64,000 bases of DNA. Origin: Planctomycetota bacterium (lineage in GTDB: Bacteria > Planctomycetota > Phycisphaerae > Phycisphaerales > Phycisphaeraceae). The stretch spans positions 52,244 to 116,243 of the forward strand of contig JBCCQE010000006.1 of NCBI GenBank assembly GCA_039024495.1, read 5' to 3'. Below, piece by piece: positions 54,386-63,972 of the stretch. Under the pieces are notes generated by a model. That model saw only the letters and a list, made by a program, of their open reading frames with translations. It was not told the DNA's origin and did no database searches. Position numbers and translations under genes: made by a program. Every line of letters begins with the position of its first letter. The stretch's first letter is position 1.

Positions 54386-56371
54386 TCAGTCCGCTTCGGT
54401 GCGGAAGCGGGCGACGAGGTCGCGTAGCTCTTCGGCCTTGTAGGACAGGCTTTGCGAGGCCTCGCACGCCTCGCGCGTGCCCTGCATCGAGTAGCTGATC
54501 GCGCCGTTGATCTTCTCGACGCTGGTCGCCACCTCGTTGGCCGCCGAGGCCTGCTCGTTGGCGGCCGCGGCGATCGATTGAACCTTGCCCGAGAGGTGCA
54601 CGGCCGTGTCGACGATGCGGTCGAGGCTTTCGCCAGCCTGGGTCGCGGTGCCGACGCCCTGCTCGACGGACTGCTGCCCGACGTTCATGCGGTCGACGGC
54701 CTGGCCGGTCTCGCCCTGGATGGCGGCGATCGATTCGCCGATCTCGCCGGTGGCGTGGGTGGTGCGGTCGGCGAGCTTGCGGACCTCGTCGGCGACCACG
54801 GCGAACCCGCGGCCGTGCTCGCCGGCGCGGGCGGCCTCGATGGCGGCGTTGAGCGCGAGCAGGTTCGTCTGGTCGGCGATGTCGTTGATGACGCTCACGA
54901 TCTGGCCGATCTGCTCGCCGCGCTGGCCGAGCGTCTCGACGGCGTCGGCGGTCTGGCGGACCGAGTCGGAGATGCCGTGCATGCCCTGGATGGTCTGGCT
55001 GACGACATCGCGGCCGTCGCGTGCGGCGTCGCCGGCCTGGGACGCTTCGGTGGCGACCTCGTTGGCTTGCTGCGACACCTCTTCGACGCTGGCGGACATC
55101 TCCTCGATCGCCGCGGAGATGACGCGCACCTGGCCGGCCTGATCTTCCATGCCTCGGGTCAGGTTGTCGGCGTTGGCGGAGAGCTGGGTCGACGCCGCGG
55201 CGACCTGCTCGCTCGAGTCGCGCACCTCGCCGATGATCTGCCGCAAGGTGACGATGAGCCCGTCGAACGCGCACGCCAGCGTGCCGAGCTCGTCCTTGGC
55301 TTCGCTGCGGACGCTGCGGGTCAGGTCGTTGGTGTCCTGGATGTGGCCGATGCCCTCGATCAACCGGCTGAGCGGGCGGTGGATCGTGCGGAAGGTCCAC
55401 CACGCGCCCAGGCCGACCACCAGCAAGACCACGCCCAGCACGCCCAGCAGCTCGTACATGAGCAGGCTTGCCTTGAACGCCTTGTCGCGGGCGCTTTGGC
55501 TGAGCTGATCGGCGAGGTGGTCGTCGACGGCTTTGAGCTCGTTGATCTTGGCGGTGATGGTGGCGAACCACTCGCCGGCGTCGGTATTGAAGCCGCCTTG
55601 GCTGGCGTGCTCGATCGCTGTGGCGCGAAAGGCCTCGACCTGTGCGTAAGCCGGGTGCTGGGCGGCCTGTTCGTATCGGGCGTTGGCTTCGGGGGTGGCG
55701 GCGTTTCGGAAGACGTGCAGATAGGTCTCCTGCGCGGTGGTGAGGGCGATGAACTTGCGGTACATCCCCGGGCCGAAGCGATCGGCGGCGAAGGTGTTGG
55801 ACAGGACGGCGCGTTCGATGCCGGCGCGTTCTTTGCTTTTCAAGAAGGCGGCGTAGGCGGTGATCTGCTGGGCGACCTGGGCGTCGGAGCAGGCGGCGAC
55901 GGTCGCGCCGATCGCGTCGAGGAAGGACGCGTTCATCTGGGTGTAATAGCCGATCGCCTCGGAGGCGGGGACCTGCTGAGCCGAGACGCGGGCGCGGTGG
56001 CTTTGGATCGCGTCCAGCTTGGCCATGGCCGCGTCGAGGTGCCCGGCGAAGGTGGGCGACAGGCTCGAACGATCGAAGCCCGTGAGGAAGCCATGCAGAT
56101 CGGCGGACCGGGCGTCGGTGAGCTTGCGTTGGGCGTCCAGCTCGGGGCCGAACTTGGCGCCGCCGCTGCCGAGGTAGCCCGCGGTGCGGCCGCGCTCTTT
56201 CTGGGTTTCGTGGATCAGGGCCGAGACGTGGGCGGCCAGGTCGGTGAGGCCTTGAAGGCTGGTCATCTCCGAGGACTGCCGCTGCAACGTGCGGACGTTC
56301 AGCAGGCCGCCGATCGCGATCACCAGCAGAGGCACCGCGGCGAGGAGGGTGAGCTTGAGCTTGATGGACAT
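54386..56371 (-). CDS. methyl-accepting chemotaxis protein with NIT-like periplasmic sensor and HAMP
   Basis: N-terminal TM helix. [20 protein letters not shown] is NIT-domain-like. A second TM helix and HAMP follow, then the signalling hairpin [37 protein letters not shown]. Confidence 0.9.
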   Translation of the reverse strand: MSIKLKLTLLAAVPLLVIAIGGLLNVRTLQRQSSEMTSLQGLTDLAAHVSALIHETQKERGRTAGYLGSGGAKFGPELDAQRKLTDARSADLHGFLTGFDRSSLSPTFAGHLDAAMAKLDAIQSHRARVSAQQVPASEAIGYYTQMNASFLDAIGATVAACSDAQVAQQITAYAAFLKSKERAGIERAVLSNTFAADRFGPGMYRKFIALTTAQETYLHVFRNAATPEANARYEQAAQHPAYAQVEAFRATAIEHASQGGFNTDAGEWFATITAKINELKAVDDHLADQLSQSARDKAFKASLLMYELLGVLGVVLLVVGLGAWWTFRTIHRPLSRLIEGIGHIQDTNDLTRSVRSEAKDELGTLACAFDGLIVTLRQIIGEVRDSSEQVAAASTQLSANADNLTRGMEDQAGQVRVISAAIEEMSASVEEVSQQANEVATEASQAGDAARDGRDVVSQTIQGMHGISDSVRQTADAVETLGQRGEQIGQIVSVINDIADQTNLLALNAAIEAARAGEHGRGFAVVADEVRKLADRTTHATGEIGESIAAIQGETGQAVDRMNVGQQSVEQGVGTATQAGESLDRIVDTAVHLSGKVQSIAAAANEQASAANEVATSVEKINGAISYSMQGTREACEASQSLSYKAEELRDLVARFRTEAD

Positions 56372-56655
56372 CGGTGGGGTGCCTGAATCGATGGGAGCGA
56401 GGGCCTACATCGCCATATCGAAGCAACTCGAGCGTGGAATTAGCCCGTTCGGGTTCCGAATAGGCGTTCGGTACGGCTCGCCTCGGGCTTGGGCCCTGCC
56501 GCGAGCGATCAGGCTGATGCCGGGCTGGATCGACGCTGCGAGATGCCGAGTCAAAGGTTTCGCGGCCCCGACCGACCGAGAATCTCGAAGCTGAACTCCG
56601 ATCAAATACCTGACAAATTATGGCTTGTTTGGTCTTTGAACGATATGCTGCTCGC

Positions 56656-58527
56656 ATGCTGCGTGAGCTGCACATCTCGAATCTGGCGGTCATCGAGGAC
56701 GCGACGGTCGAGCTCGGGCCCGGGCTGAACGTGTTCACCGGGCAGACGGGGGCAGGCAAGTCGCTGGTGATGGGGGCGATCGAGTTGCTGCTGGGGCTGC
56801 GGTCGGGGTCGGGGATGCTGCGGGACGGAGCGGACCAGGGGCGAGTCACCGGGCTGTTTGAGCTGGGCGGAGGGCCGCTGGCCGAGGCGGTCGCGGGGGT
56901 GGTCGATCAGCCCGTGGAGTCGTGCGGCGAGCTGCTGGTGACGCGCAAGCTGTTCGCGTCCGGGCGGACGGGGGTGTCGATCAACGGCCGACCGGCGACG
57001 GCGGCGATGGTTCGGGCGGTCGGCCAGCGGATGGTCGACATCCACGGCCAGCACGACCACCAGCTCCTGCTGCGGGGCTCAGAACAACGCGCAGCGGTGG
57101 ACGCCTACGCGGGGGTTGGCGGCGAGGGCGGGTTGCTCGAGACCTATCGGCAGGCTTGGGAGCGGTGGCGTGGGTTGTCGCGCCGGGCGGAGGAGTTGGC
57201 CGAGTCGGCAGAGCTGCGACGGCAGAAGCTGGACCTGGCGGAGTTCCAAGCCGGCGAGATCGACGCCGCCCGACCGACCGCCGGCGAGCTGCCCGAGCTG
57301 GAGGCGCGGCACGCGGTGCTGGCAAACCTAGCGACGATCAAAGGGCGGGCGGGGCAGGTGATCGACGCGATGAGCCAGGGCGACGGCGCGATCGTCGGGC
57401 GGCTGGAGGCCATGACGCTGGTGCTCCGCGAGCTGGCCGAGCTGGACGAGGGGCTGACCGAGGTGGCCGAGGCGGTGCGCGGGGCGACGCTGGCGCTGGG
57501 CGAGGCGGGGTTCGACCTGGGGCGGCGGGTGGACCGGCTCGAAGCCGACCCGGGGGAGCTGGCGGAGGTGGAAGACCGGCTGAACACGCTGAATCGGCTG
57601 GTCAGCAAGTACGGCGATCGATGGAGCAGGCCCGGGCGGCGCACGCGGGTGGAGGCCCACGACGCGGACGAATGCCAGGCTGAAGACGCGATCGCGCCGG
57701 TGCTGCGACTGCGAGCCGAGCTGGGCGAAGAGATCGATCGTCTGCGCGGCGAGGACGACGCGCTCGACGGCATCGAAGAAGACGTTGCAATGGCACGCGT
57801 GGCCGTCGACCAGCACGCGGCGGCGCTCACGGCTAAGCGGGTGGCCGCGGCGCGTGAGATGAACCCACGCATCGAGGCGGAGCTGGGCGAGCTCGGCATG
57901 GCAGGGGCGCGGTTCGAGGTGGCGGTGATGCCCCGCGACGAGGGGCCGGGCCCTAGCGGGGCCGACCGCGTGGAGATGCGTGTGGCGACGAACGTCGGGC
58001 AGACGTACAAGCCGTTGGCGGACGTCGCCAGCGGCGGCGAGCTGAGTCGGGTGATGCTGGCGATCAAGTCGATCGCGCCCGCCCCTGGGAAAAACGTCAA
58101 GCGAGGCCGAGGGGGGCCGTGCGGCCGCGGCGGTGGGGGTCAGGGTGGGGGTGGCGGCGTGGACGTGCTGGTGTTCGACGAGGTGGATGCGAACATCGGC
58201 GGGCGGCTGGGCTCGGTGATCGGCCGCAAGATGCGCGACCTGGCGACGGGGTCGGGCCGACAGGTGCTGTGCATCACGCACCTGCCGCAGATCGCCGCCT
58301 TCGCCGATCGGCACCTGCACATCGCCAAGCGGGTCGAGGGCCGGGGCAAGGCGCGGCAGACGCGCACGACCGTCAGCGAACTCACCGGCAAGGCCCGCAT
58401 CGACGAGCTGGCCGAGATGATGGCCGGCCGCGAAGCCACGGCGACCACGCGGCGGCAGGCCCGCGAGATGGTCGGCGCGGCCATGGGTGGAACCACCGGC
58501 GAGACAAGCGAGCGGAGCGATGCGTGA
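56656..58527 (+). CDS. recN: DNA repair protein RecN
   Basis: MLRELHISNLAVIEDATVELGPGLNVFTGQTGAGKS, SGGELSRVMLAIK, VLVFDEVDANIGG and VLCITHLPQIAAFAD. Two hydrophilic insertions lengthen it to 623 aa. Confidence 0.92.
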   Translation: MLRELHISNLAVIEDATVELGPGLNVFTGQTGAGKSLVMGAIELLLGLRSGSGMLRDGADQGRVTGLFELGGGPLAEAVAGVVDQPVESCGELLVTRKLFASGRTGVSINGRPATAAMVRAVGQRMVDIHGQHDHQLLLRGSEQRAAVDAYAGVGGEGGLLETYRQAWERWRGLSRRAEELAESAELRRQKLDLAEFQAGEIDAARPTAGELPELEARHAVLANLATIKGRAGQVIDAMSQGDGAIVGRLEAMTLVLRELAELDEGLTEVAEAVRGATLALGEAGFDLGRRVDRLEADPGELAEVEDRLNTLNRLVSKYGDRWSRPGRRTRVEAHDADECQAEDAIAPVLRLRAELGEEIDRLRGEDDALDGIEEDVAMARVAVDQHAAALTAKRVAAAREMNPRIEAELGELGMAGARFEVAVMPRDEGPGPSGADRVEMRVATNVGQTYKPLADVASGGELSRVMLAIKSIAPAPGKNVKRGRGGPCGRGGGGQGGGGGVDVLVFDEVDANIGGRLGSVIGRKMRDLATGSGRQVLCITHLPQIAAFADRHLHIAKRVEGRGKARQTRTTVSELTGKARIDELAEMMAGREATATTRRQAREMVGAAMGGTTGETSERSDA

Positions 58528-58572
58528 GTCGCCCGCCCTGTCCGACCCGGCGGGACCGACTACACTGCCGCC

Positions 58573-59037
58573 ATGCAAGCAGCGGCGATGCTGACGATGG
58601 CCCAAGGGGCAATGGGGACCGCAACGGGGATGCGCGATTACGACGAGTTCAGCCTCTACGGCGCCGTCGGCATCCTCATTCTCATGGCGATTGTCTTCGG
58701 CGGGGCCAACGTCGTCCTCTCGCAATTCATCATTGGGCCCAAACGGTTCGGCCGCACGAAGGGCACGCCTTACGAGTCGGGCATGAACCCGATCGGCGAT
58801 GCGCGGCGGAGGTTCAACGTCCGCTTCTTCATCGTCGCGATGACGTTCCTGCTGTTCGACGTCGAGATCGTCTTCCTCTATCCGTGGGCGATGACGTTCC
58901 CGGCCCTGAACGACATGGCGGGGTCGGTCGGGGCCGAGCTGACGCCGTGGTTCATCGCTCGGGCGCTGTTCTTCGTGCTCACGACGGTCATCGCGTTCGC
59001 GTACGCCTTCCGCAAGGGCGTGTTCCGGTATGACTAG
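58573..59037 (+). CDS. nuoA: NADH-quinone oxidoreductase subunit A
   Basis: YESGMNPIGDARRRFNVRFFIVAMTFLLFDVEIVFLYPWA. The start is uncertain, and MRDYDEF at 58630 is possible. No nuoB follows. Confidence 0.85.
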   Translation: MQAAAMLTMAQGAMGTATGMRDYDEFSLYGAVGILILMAIVFGGANVVLSQFIIGPKRFGRTKGTPYESGMNPIGDARRRFNVRFFIVAMTFLLFDVEIVFLYPWAMTFPALNDMAGSVGAELTPWFIARALFFVLTTVIAFAYAFRKGVFRYD

Positions 59038-59048
59038 GCGATCGACAA

Positions 59049-59143
59049 AGAGCTGGAAAGCTGAAAAGCTGGAAACCTCGAAGCGCGTGCCGTGGCTCAT
59101 GCGTGATGCACATAGCTTTTTAGATTTTCAGTTTTCTAGCTCT
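59049..59143 (+). repeat. octamer-periodic inverted-repeat element D (nuoA-ruvA spacer)
   Basis: Left arm AGAGCTGGAAAGCTGAAAAGCTGGAAA pairs with right arm AGCTTTTTAGATTTTCAGTTTTCTAGCTCT. Hand pairing gives 22 Watson-Crick pairs, 4 G:T pairs and 1 mismatch over 27 positions. The G:T pairs work only in plus-sense RNA. Confidence 0.85.
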
Positions 59144-59160
59144 TGCCGCGGAGCGGCGGG

Positions 59161-59859
59161 TTGATCACGCGCATCTCAGGAACCCTCGAGGGGTTGGGCA
59201 AGGACTCGGCGGTGGTGGCGCTCTCCGGCGCGGGCGGGATGGCGGTCGAGGTGTATCTGCCGGGGTTTGCGGTCGCGCGGCTGGGGGCGTCGATCGGCTC
59301 GCCGGTGGTGCTGCACACGCTGCTGTTCGTCGAGTCGACGGCGCAGGGCGCGACCCTGTTCCCGCGGCTGGCGGGGTTTCCGACGGCGATGGATCGGTCG
59401 TTCTTCGAGCTGCTGGTGACGGTCAAGGGGATCGGGCATCGCAAGGCCCTTCGGGTGATGGCGTTGCCGACCGGGCAGATCGCCGGGGGGATCGCCGACC
59501 GCGATGCGTCGCTGCTGCAGAGCCTGCCGGAGATCGGCAAGCGGATGGCCGAGACGATCGTCGTCACGCTCAAGGACAAAGTGGACGGATACGTGGCGGG
59601 AAGCGCGGCGGCCGAGCAGGGGGCGACACCTAAAGCGGCGGGCTCGGCGGCGGGCGTGGACGCGGATGCAGACGCGCTGGGCGGGGTGGAGATCAGCGGC
59701 GGGGCGCTGGCGCGGGAAGCGATCGCGGCGTTGGTCGCGCTGGGCGAGCCGCGGGTCGCGGCGGCCCAGTGGGTCGATCGGGTGATGAGCGACGACGACC
59801 CGCCGACCGATGTCGCGGATGTGCTGCAAGGGGTGTACCGCGTTCGCTCGGGGGGATAA
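59161..59859 (+). CDS. ruvA: Holliday junction branch-migration protein RuvA
   Basis: (M)ITRISGTLEG..., LVTVKGIGHRKALRVM and LQSLPEIGKRMAETIV, which are HhH motifs. I prefer the TTG at 59161 over the TTG at 59143 because it gives the canonical MIxxLxG N-terminus. Confidence 0.9.
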   Translation: MITRISGTLEGLGKDSAVVALSGAGGMAVEVYLPGFAVARLGASIGSPVVLHTLLFVESTAQGATLFPRLAGFPTAMDRSFFELLVTVKGIGHRKALRVMALPTGQIAGGIADRDASLLQSLPEIGKRMAETIVVTLKDKVDGYVAGSAAAEQGATPKAAGSAAGVDADADALGGVEISGGALAREAIAALVALGEPRVAAAQWVDRVMSDDDPPTDVADVLQGVYRVRSGG

Positions 59860-59952
59860 GCTGGCGTGACCGATAGAAGGGGGGCGTCGGCGCGGCCGAC
59901 GAACGACGGCACGCTCCCACCGCCCCGCGGCGGACTCAGGAAGGATTCTTCG

Positions 59953-60963
59953 ATGACGCTGACGGATTGGCGATCGCTGCACGGCCAGGCCTTCGAGGGC
60001 ACGCGCGCCCTGGTGACCGGCGGGGCCGGGTTTATCGGGTCTCACCTCACCGACGCCCTGCTGGACCTCGGGGCCGAGGTCGTGGTGCTCGACGACCTCT
60101 CCGGCGGCGACACCACCAACCTCGCGGCAGCCCGGGCGGCGGCCGACGCGCGGCTGACGTTCGTCGAGGCCAGCATCGTCGAGGGCCCGGAGCTGAACGA
60201 CGCCGTGCGCGGCTGCAAGTGGGTGTTCCACCAGGCGGCGCTGGGGTCGGTGCCGCGATCGATCGAGATGCCCGAGGCGTTCTTCGAGGCGAACGTGATC
60301 GGCACGTTCCGCGTGCTCGAGGCGGCGCGGCGGGCTGGGGTGAAGCGCGTGGTCTTCGCCGCGTCGAGCTCGGCGTACGGCGACTCGCCCACGCTGCCGA
60401 AGATCGAGACGATGCCGGTCCGTGCCAAGAGCCCCTACGCCGCGACCAAGGCGGCCGGCGAGGCGATGCTGATGGCCTGGGCCCAGTCGCTTGGCGTCGA
60501 TACCGCGAGCCTGCGCTACTTCAACATCTTCGGCCCACGCCAGAACGCCAACTCGGCGTACGCGGCCGTGATCGCGGCGTTTGCCAAGTCGCTGCTCGGC
60601 GGGGAACGCCCCAAGATCTTCGGCGATGGCACGCAGTCGCGCGACTTCACCTTCGTCGACAACGCCGTGCACGCCAACCTGCTCGCCGCCGCGGCCGAGG
60701 GGCCGATCGGCGGGTCGGTGATGAACGTCGCCTGCGGGCGGCGCGTGACCGTGACCGAGCTCGCCGAGCGGATGGCCGCCGCGCTGGGCCGGCCCGACCT
60801 TCAGCCCGAGTACTTGCCCCCGCGCCCGGGCGACGTGATGCACTCGCTGGCCGATCTCGAGGCGACCAAGAGCACGCTGGGCTACGACCCGGTCGTCGAT
60901 TTCGAGACCGGGCTCGACGCGACCGTCCGCTGGTACGCCGACGCCACCGCCGCGGCCGCCTGA
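59953..60963 (+). CDS. NAD-dependent nucleotide-sugar epimerase/dehydratase
   Basis: AGGAAGGA RBS. It shows ALVTGGAGFIGSHL, SSSAYG and the YAATK catalytic motif. Confidence 0.9.
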   Translation: MTLTDWRSLHGQAFEGTRALVTGGAGFIGSHLTDALLDLGAEVVVLDDLSGGDTTNLAAARAAADARLTFVEASIVEGPELNDAVRGCKWVFHQAALGSVPRSIEMPEAFFEANVIGTFRVLEAARRAGVKRVVFAASSSAYGDSPTLPKIETMPVRAKSPYAATKAAGEAMLMAWAQSLGVDTASLRYFNIFGPRQNANSAYAAVIAAFAKSLLGGERPKIFGDGTQSRDFTFVDNAVHANLLAAAAEGPIGGSVMNVACGRRVTVTELAERMAAALGRPDLQPEYLPPRPGDVMHSLADLEATKSTLGYDPVVDFETGLDATVRWYADATAAAA

Positions 60964-60981
60964 ACGAACCCGCCTTTCCCG

Positions 60982-61713
60982 ATGACCCAAGCCCCGACCA
61001 CCGAGCTCCCGCCCGCCGGCTTCGAGCCGCCGTCGAACACGCAGTTCAACGTGTTCTTGGAGAACCGCGTCGGCAAGATGCTCGACCTGATCGACGCCTT
61101 CGCCGACCAGCCGGTGGTGATGGCCGGCTACTCCGTGGTCGACTCGAACGACCACGCCGTGGTGCGCGTGGTCACGAGCAACGCGGTGCTGGCCGCGCGG
61201 CTGCTGCGGCGACACGGGCTGGCCTTCTCGGATGTGCGCGTGCTGGTGGTCGAGCTCGACGCCGAGCACACGCTGCGCGACCTGTGCTACACGCTGCTGC
61301 GAGCCGAACTGTCGATCCACTACGTCTACCCGCTGCTCGTGCGGCCGCGCGGGTTGCCGGCGCTCGTCCTGCACACCGACGACCGCACGTTCGCCGAGCA
61401 GTTGCTGCGTCGCAAGCTGTTCACCCTGCTCGGAGAGAACGACCTCGGCGAAAACGCCGCCCGCACCGACCCGGAGCAACGCGACAAGCCCGCGAGCATC
61501 GCCGACATCGAACCAACCCCCGCCTCTGCCGGCCAACCCGAACGCCCCGAAGACCAAGACGAAGACGACGACCCCGGCCTGGAACTCGGCGACGATCCGC
61601 TGGGCGTCGGCCCGCTGGACTCGGGCGACACGAACCTCGGCGGGCTCGAGCTGCCCCCTTTCGACCCCGAAGACGAAGACGACCCCGAGCCGGGCAGCCC
61701 GCGGAACAACTAA
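60982..61713 (+). CDS. ACT-like domain protein with acidic disordered tail
   Basis: Two beta-alpha-beta-like segments (FNVFLENRVGKMLDLIDAF..., VLVVELDAEHTLRDLCYTL) are followed by a D/E/P-rich tail. The family assignment is tentative. Confidence 0.5.
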   Translation: MTQAPTTELPPAGFEPPSNTQFNVFLENRVGKMLDLIDAFADQPVVMAGYSVVDSNDHAVVRVVTSNAVLAARLLRRHGLAFSDVRVLVVELDAEHTLRDLCYTLLRAELSIHYVYPLLVRPRGLPALVLHTDDRTFAEQLLRRKLFTLLGENDLGENAARTDPEQRDKPASIADIEPTPASAGQPERPEDQDEDDDPGLELGDDPLGVGPLDSGDTNLGGLELPPFDPEDEDDPEPGSPRNN

Positions 61714-61737
61714 CTGACTGTCCTGTCAGCTCGCCGC

Positions 61738-63972
61738 CTACGGCTGCGGCACCACCTGCGGGCTGTGGCGGCGCGGCTTCTCGTCGTGCACCGACGTCGC
61801 GCCCTCACCCTTAAGGTCGGCCAACTTGTCCATGTATCGCGTGAGCGTCGACACCACCGTCGCGTGCGACCAAGTCAGCGGCGAGACCGACATCGGGTCG
61901 TTGTTCAAAGGATTCACCTGCTCGGCCAGGACGCCCGAGCCGAGCGCGTGGTCGGCGACCCAGTCGAGGATCTCCGCTGCGGGCTCCAGCTCATCCACCG
62001 ACGTCGCCCGGGCGATGTGCCACTCGGCCATCCACAGCGTGCAGATAAACCACGGGTTGCCGGGCACGTCCTCGTTGTCGTTGACGACCTGGTGGTAATA
62101 GTCGTCGGTATAGCGCGCGACGCCGCCGACCTTGGTCTTGACGCGCAGCTCGGCGTCGATCGCCTTCATCGTCGCGTCGACGCGCGGGTTGTCGACGGGC
62201 AGCATCCCCAGCGAGAAGATGGCGTACATCGACGCGTCGAGCACGTCGTCGACCACGAGGTTGTTGATCGCCTCGGAGGCGTCGATGCCGTCGTCGTAAG
62301 GCTTGCCGCTGCCGGGCGTGGCGGCCCGCATCGCCTCGACGACCGACTCGTGCTCGGCGATCGGCTCGCGACCCTGGCGGACGTCCTCGACCAGCCGTGC
62401 GATCCGCTCGGCGTCGCCGAACTCGACGCGCCGCACGAATCGGCCGAGCTCGTCCGACCACAGGCAGCGGTTGAACGCGTCGCGCGTCTGGCGGGCGGCC
62501 TGGCTGTAGCGCTGAGCGAGGCGGTCGTCACCGAAAGCACGGGCGAAGTTTTCGCCTGCGGTGAGCCCGGCGTAGACCGACGCCACCGTGAACGCGTGCA
62601 CGCCGAAGCGCTCCTCCCACAGGTCGTACGACGGCAGCGGCAGCCGCGTGACCGGGTCGCGGAAGCGGAACAAAAAGTCCGCGGCCGGCTGGATCAGCTT
62701 CGTGTAAAGCGGGCGGACGTACTCGATATCTCGGTAGCGCGCGAAGTGCCGCCACAGTGCCCAGAGGATCAGGGCCGTCTCGTCTTCCTGGATCGGCAGC
62801 GAGGGGTGGCCGTTGGCGATCCACGGGTGCCACGACGACGCGAGCGTGCCGTCGGGGTTGTACTTGTGCAGGAAGTAGCCGCCGTCGGAGATGATGCCCG
62901 AGCAGAACGTGAAGAACTGACGAGCCACATCGGGGAAGCCAGCCCCGTCCATCGCATCGGCGACGAACGCGCCGTCGCGCGGCCAGAGGTACGAATACGT
63001 GTCGCGGCTGAATTGCAGGTAGTCCGAGTCGTTCGCGGCGGTGATCGCGCCCTGGTTGTCGATCTGCGTGCGCACCACCAGCAGCGAGCGCGTGAACAGG
63101 TCCATCGCCTTGGTCGACAGCCCACCGGTCGGTCGGCCGGACAGGTCGGTCCGCGTTCCGGTCAGCCACAGCCGCCAATACGAGACGGTGCGATCGATGA
63201 CGCCCTGCGGCCCCTCGCGATGCAGGAAGGCCTGCAGCTCTTCGCAGTCGCGGTACTGCTTGCCGAAGCCCATGATGAGAAACACCGTGCGCGTGCCCTT
63301 GGCGGGCAGCTCGACGCGGCACATCATCGTGGAGTCGACCGCGCCCTGGGCGATCGGGTTGCCGCCGAGCGCACCGTCTTCGGCGTCGCGCCACGTGCCC
63401 TCGGCCCCGTGGAAGCCGGCGTTGCCCGTGGCGTATTCGTCGATCTGCTGGTCGCCATCGATGTAGAAGCACGACAGGACGTAGCGGGCCTGGCGGTAGT
63501 GGATCAGCGAGCGCAGCAGCGGGTCGTAGTACACGGTGTCGCCGACCTTGGTGCCGTACATCGCCAGGTCGTGGTGCGAGAAGAGGCGGACCTCGCGGAC
63601 CTTGTCTTGCAGGTTGGTGACGTCGATCCGTCGGACGAGTACGGGCTGCTGGAAGTCGACGACGTCCATGCAGTCCAGGCGGACCTGCAGGTCGTCATGC
63701 GTGAGGGTGACGTCGGTCGCGAGGGTCTGCGGCTGGTAGCGACGCTCGATGTGCCAGCCCTCGTCGGTCCAGTGCAGGCGCTTCTTGCGGCGGTCGGGCT
63801 TGTCGCGCTTGGCATCGGTCTCGGGCAGGTCGGCCCAGACGCCGAACCGGCAGACCGCGCCGGCGACGTGGTTTTCTTGGCCGACGTGCGGGTAATACAG
63901 ATCGCGGAGGCGGTATTGATCGTCGAAGCAGACGAGCAGCGAGCCATTGCCGACGGGGATGTCTCTGGGCAT
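61738..63972 (-). CDS. glycoside hydrolase family 15 (glucoamylase/trehalase-like)
   Basis: N-terminal IPVGNGSLLVCFDDQYRLRDLYYP. Catalytic-domain motifs YLWPRDGAF and DLWEER. The protein is 744 aa. Confidence 0.9.
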   Translation of the reverse strand: MPRDIPVGNGSLLVCFDDQYRLRDLYYPHVGQENHVAGAVCRFGVWADLPETDAKRDKPDRRKKRLHWTDEGWHIERRYQPQTLATDVTLTHDDLQVRLDCMDVVDFQQPVLVRRIDVTNLQDKVREVRLFSHHDLAMYGTKVGDTVYYDPLLRSLIHYRQARYVLSCFYIDGDQQIDEYATGNAGFHGAEGTWRDAEDGALGGNPIAQGAVDSTMMCRVELPAKGTRTVFLIMGFGKQYRDCEELQAFLHREGPQGVIDRTVSYWRLWLTGTRTDLSGRPTGGLSTKAMDLFTRSLLVVRTQIDNQGAITAANDSDYLQFSRDTYSYLWPRDGAFVADAMDGAGFPDVARQFFTFCSGIISDGGYFLHKYNPDGTLASSWHPWIANGHPSLPIQEDETALILWALWRHFARYRDIEYVRPLYTKLIQPAADFLFRFRDPVTRLPLPSYDLWEERFGVHAFTVASVYAGLTAGENFARAFGDDRLAQRYSQAARQTRDAFNRCLWSDELGRFVRRVEFGDAERIARLVEDVRQGREPIAEHESVVEAMRAATPGSGKPYDDGIDASEAINNLVVDDVLDASMYAIFSLGMLPVDNPRVDATMKAIDAELRVKTKVGGVARYTDDYYHQVVNDNEDVPGNPWFICTLWMAEWHIARATSVDELEPAAEILDWVADHALGSGVLAEQVNPLNNDPMSVSPLTWSHATVVSTLTRYMDKLADLKGEGATSVHDEKPRRHSPQVVPQP

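Noticed and set aside
26604-59143. Octamer arrays read as CRISPR or another spacer-containing array
   Set aside because: The units are only ~8 nt and contiguous, with no unique spacers. The arrays occur as mirrored inverted pairs. No cas genes are in the window.
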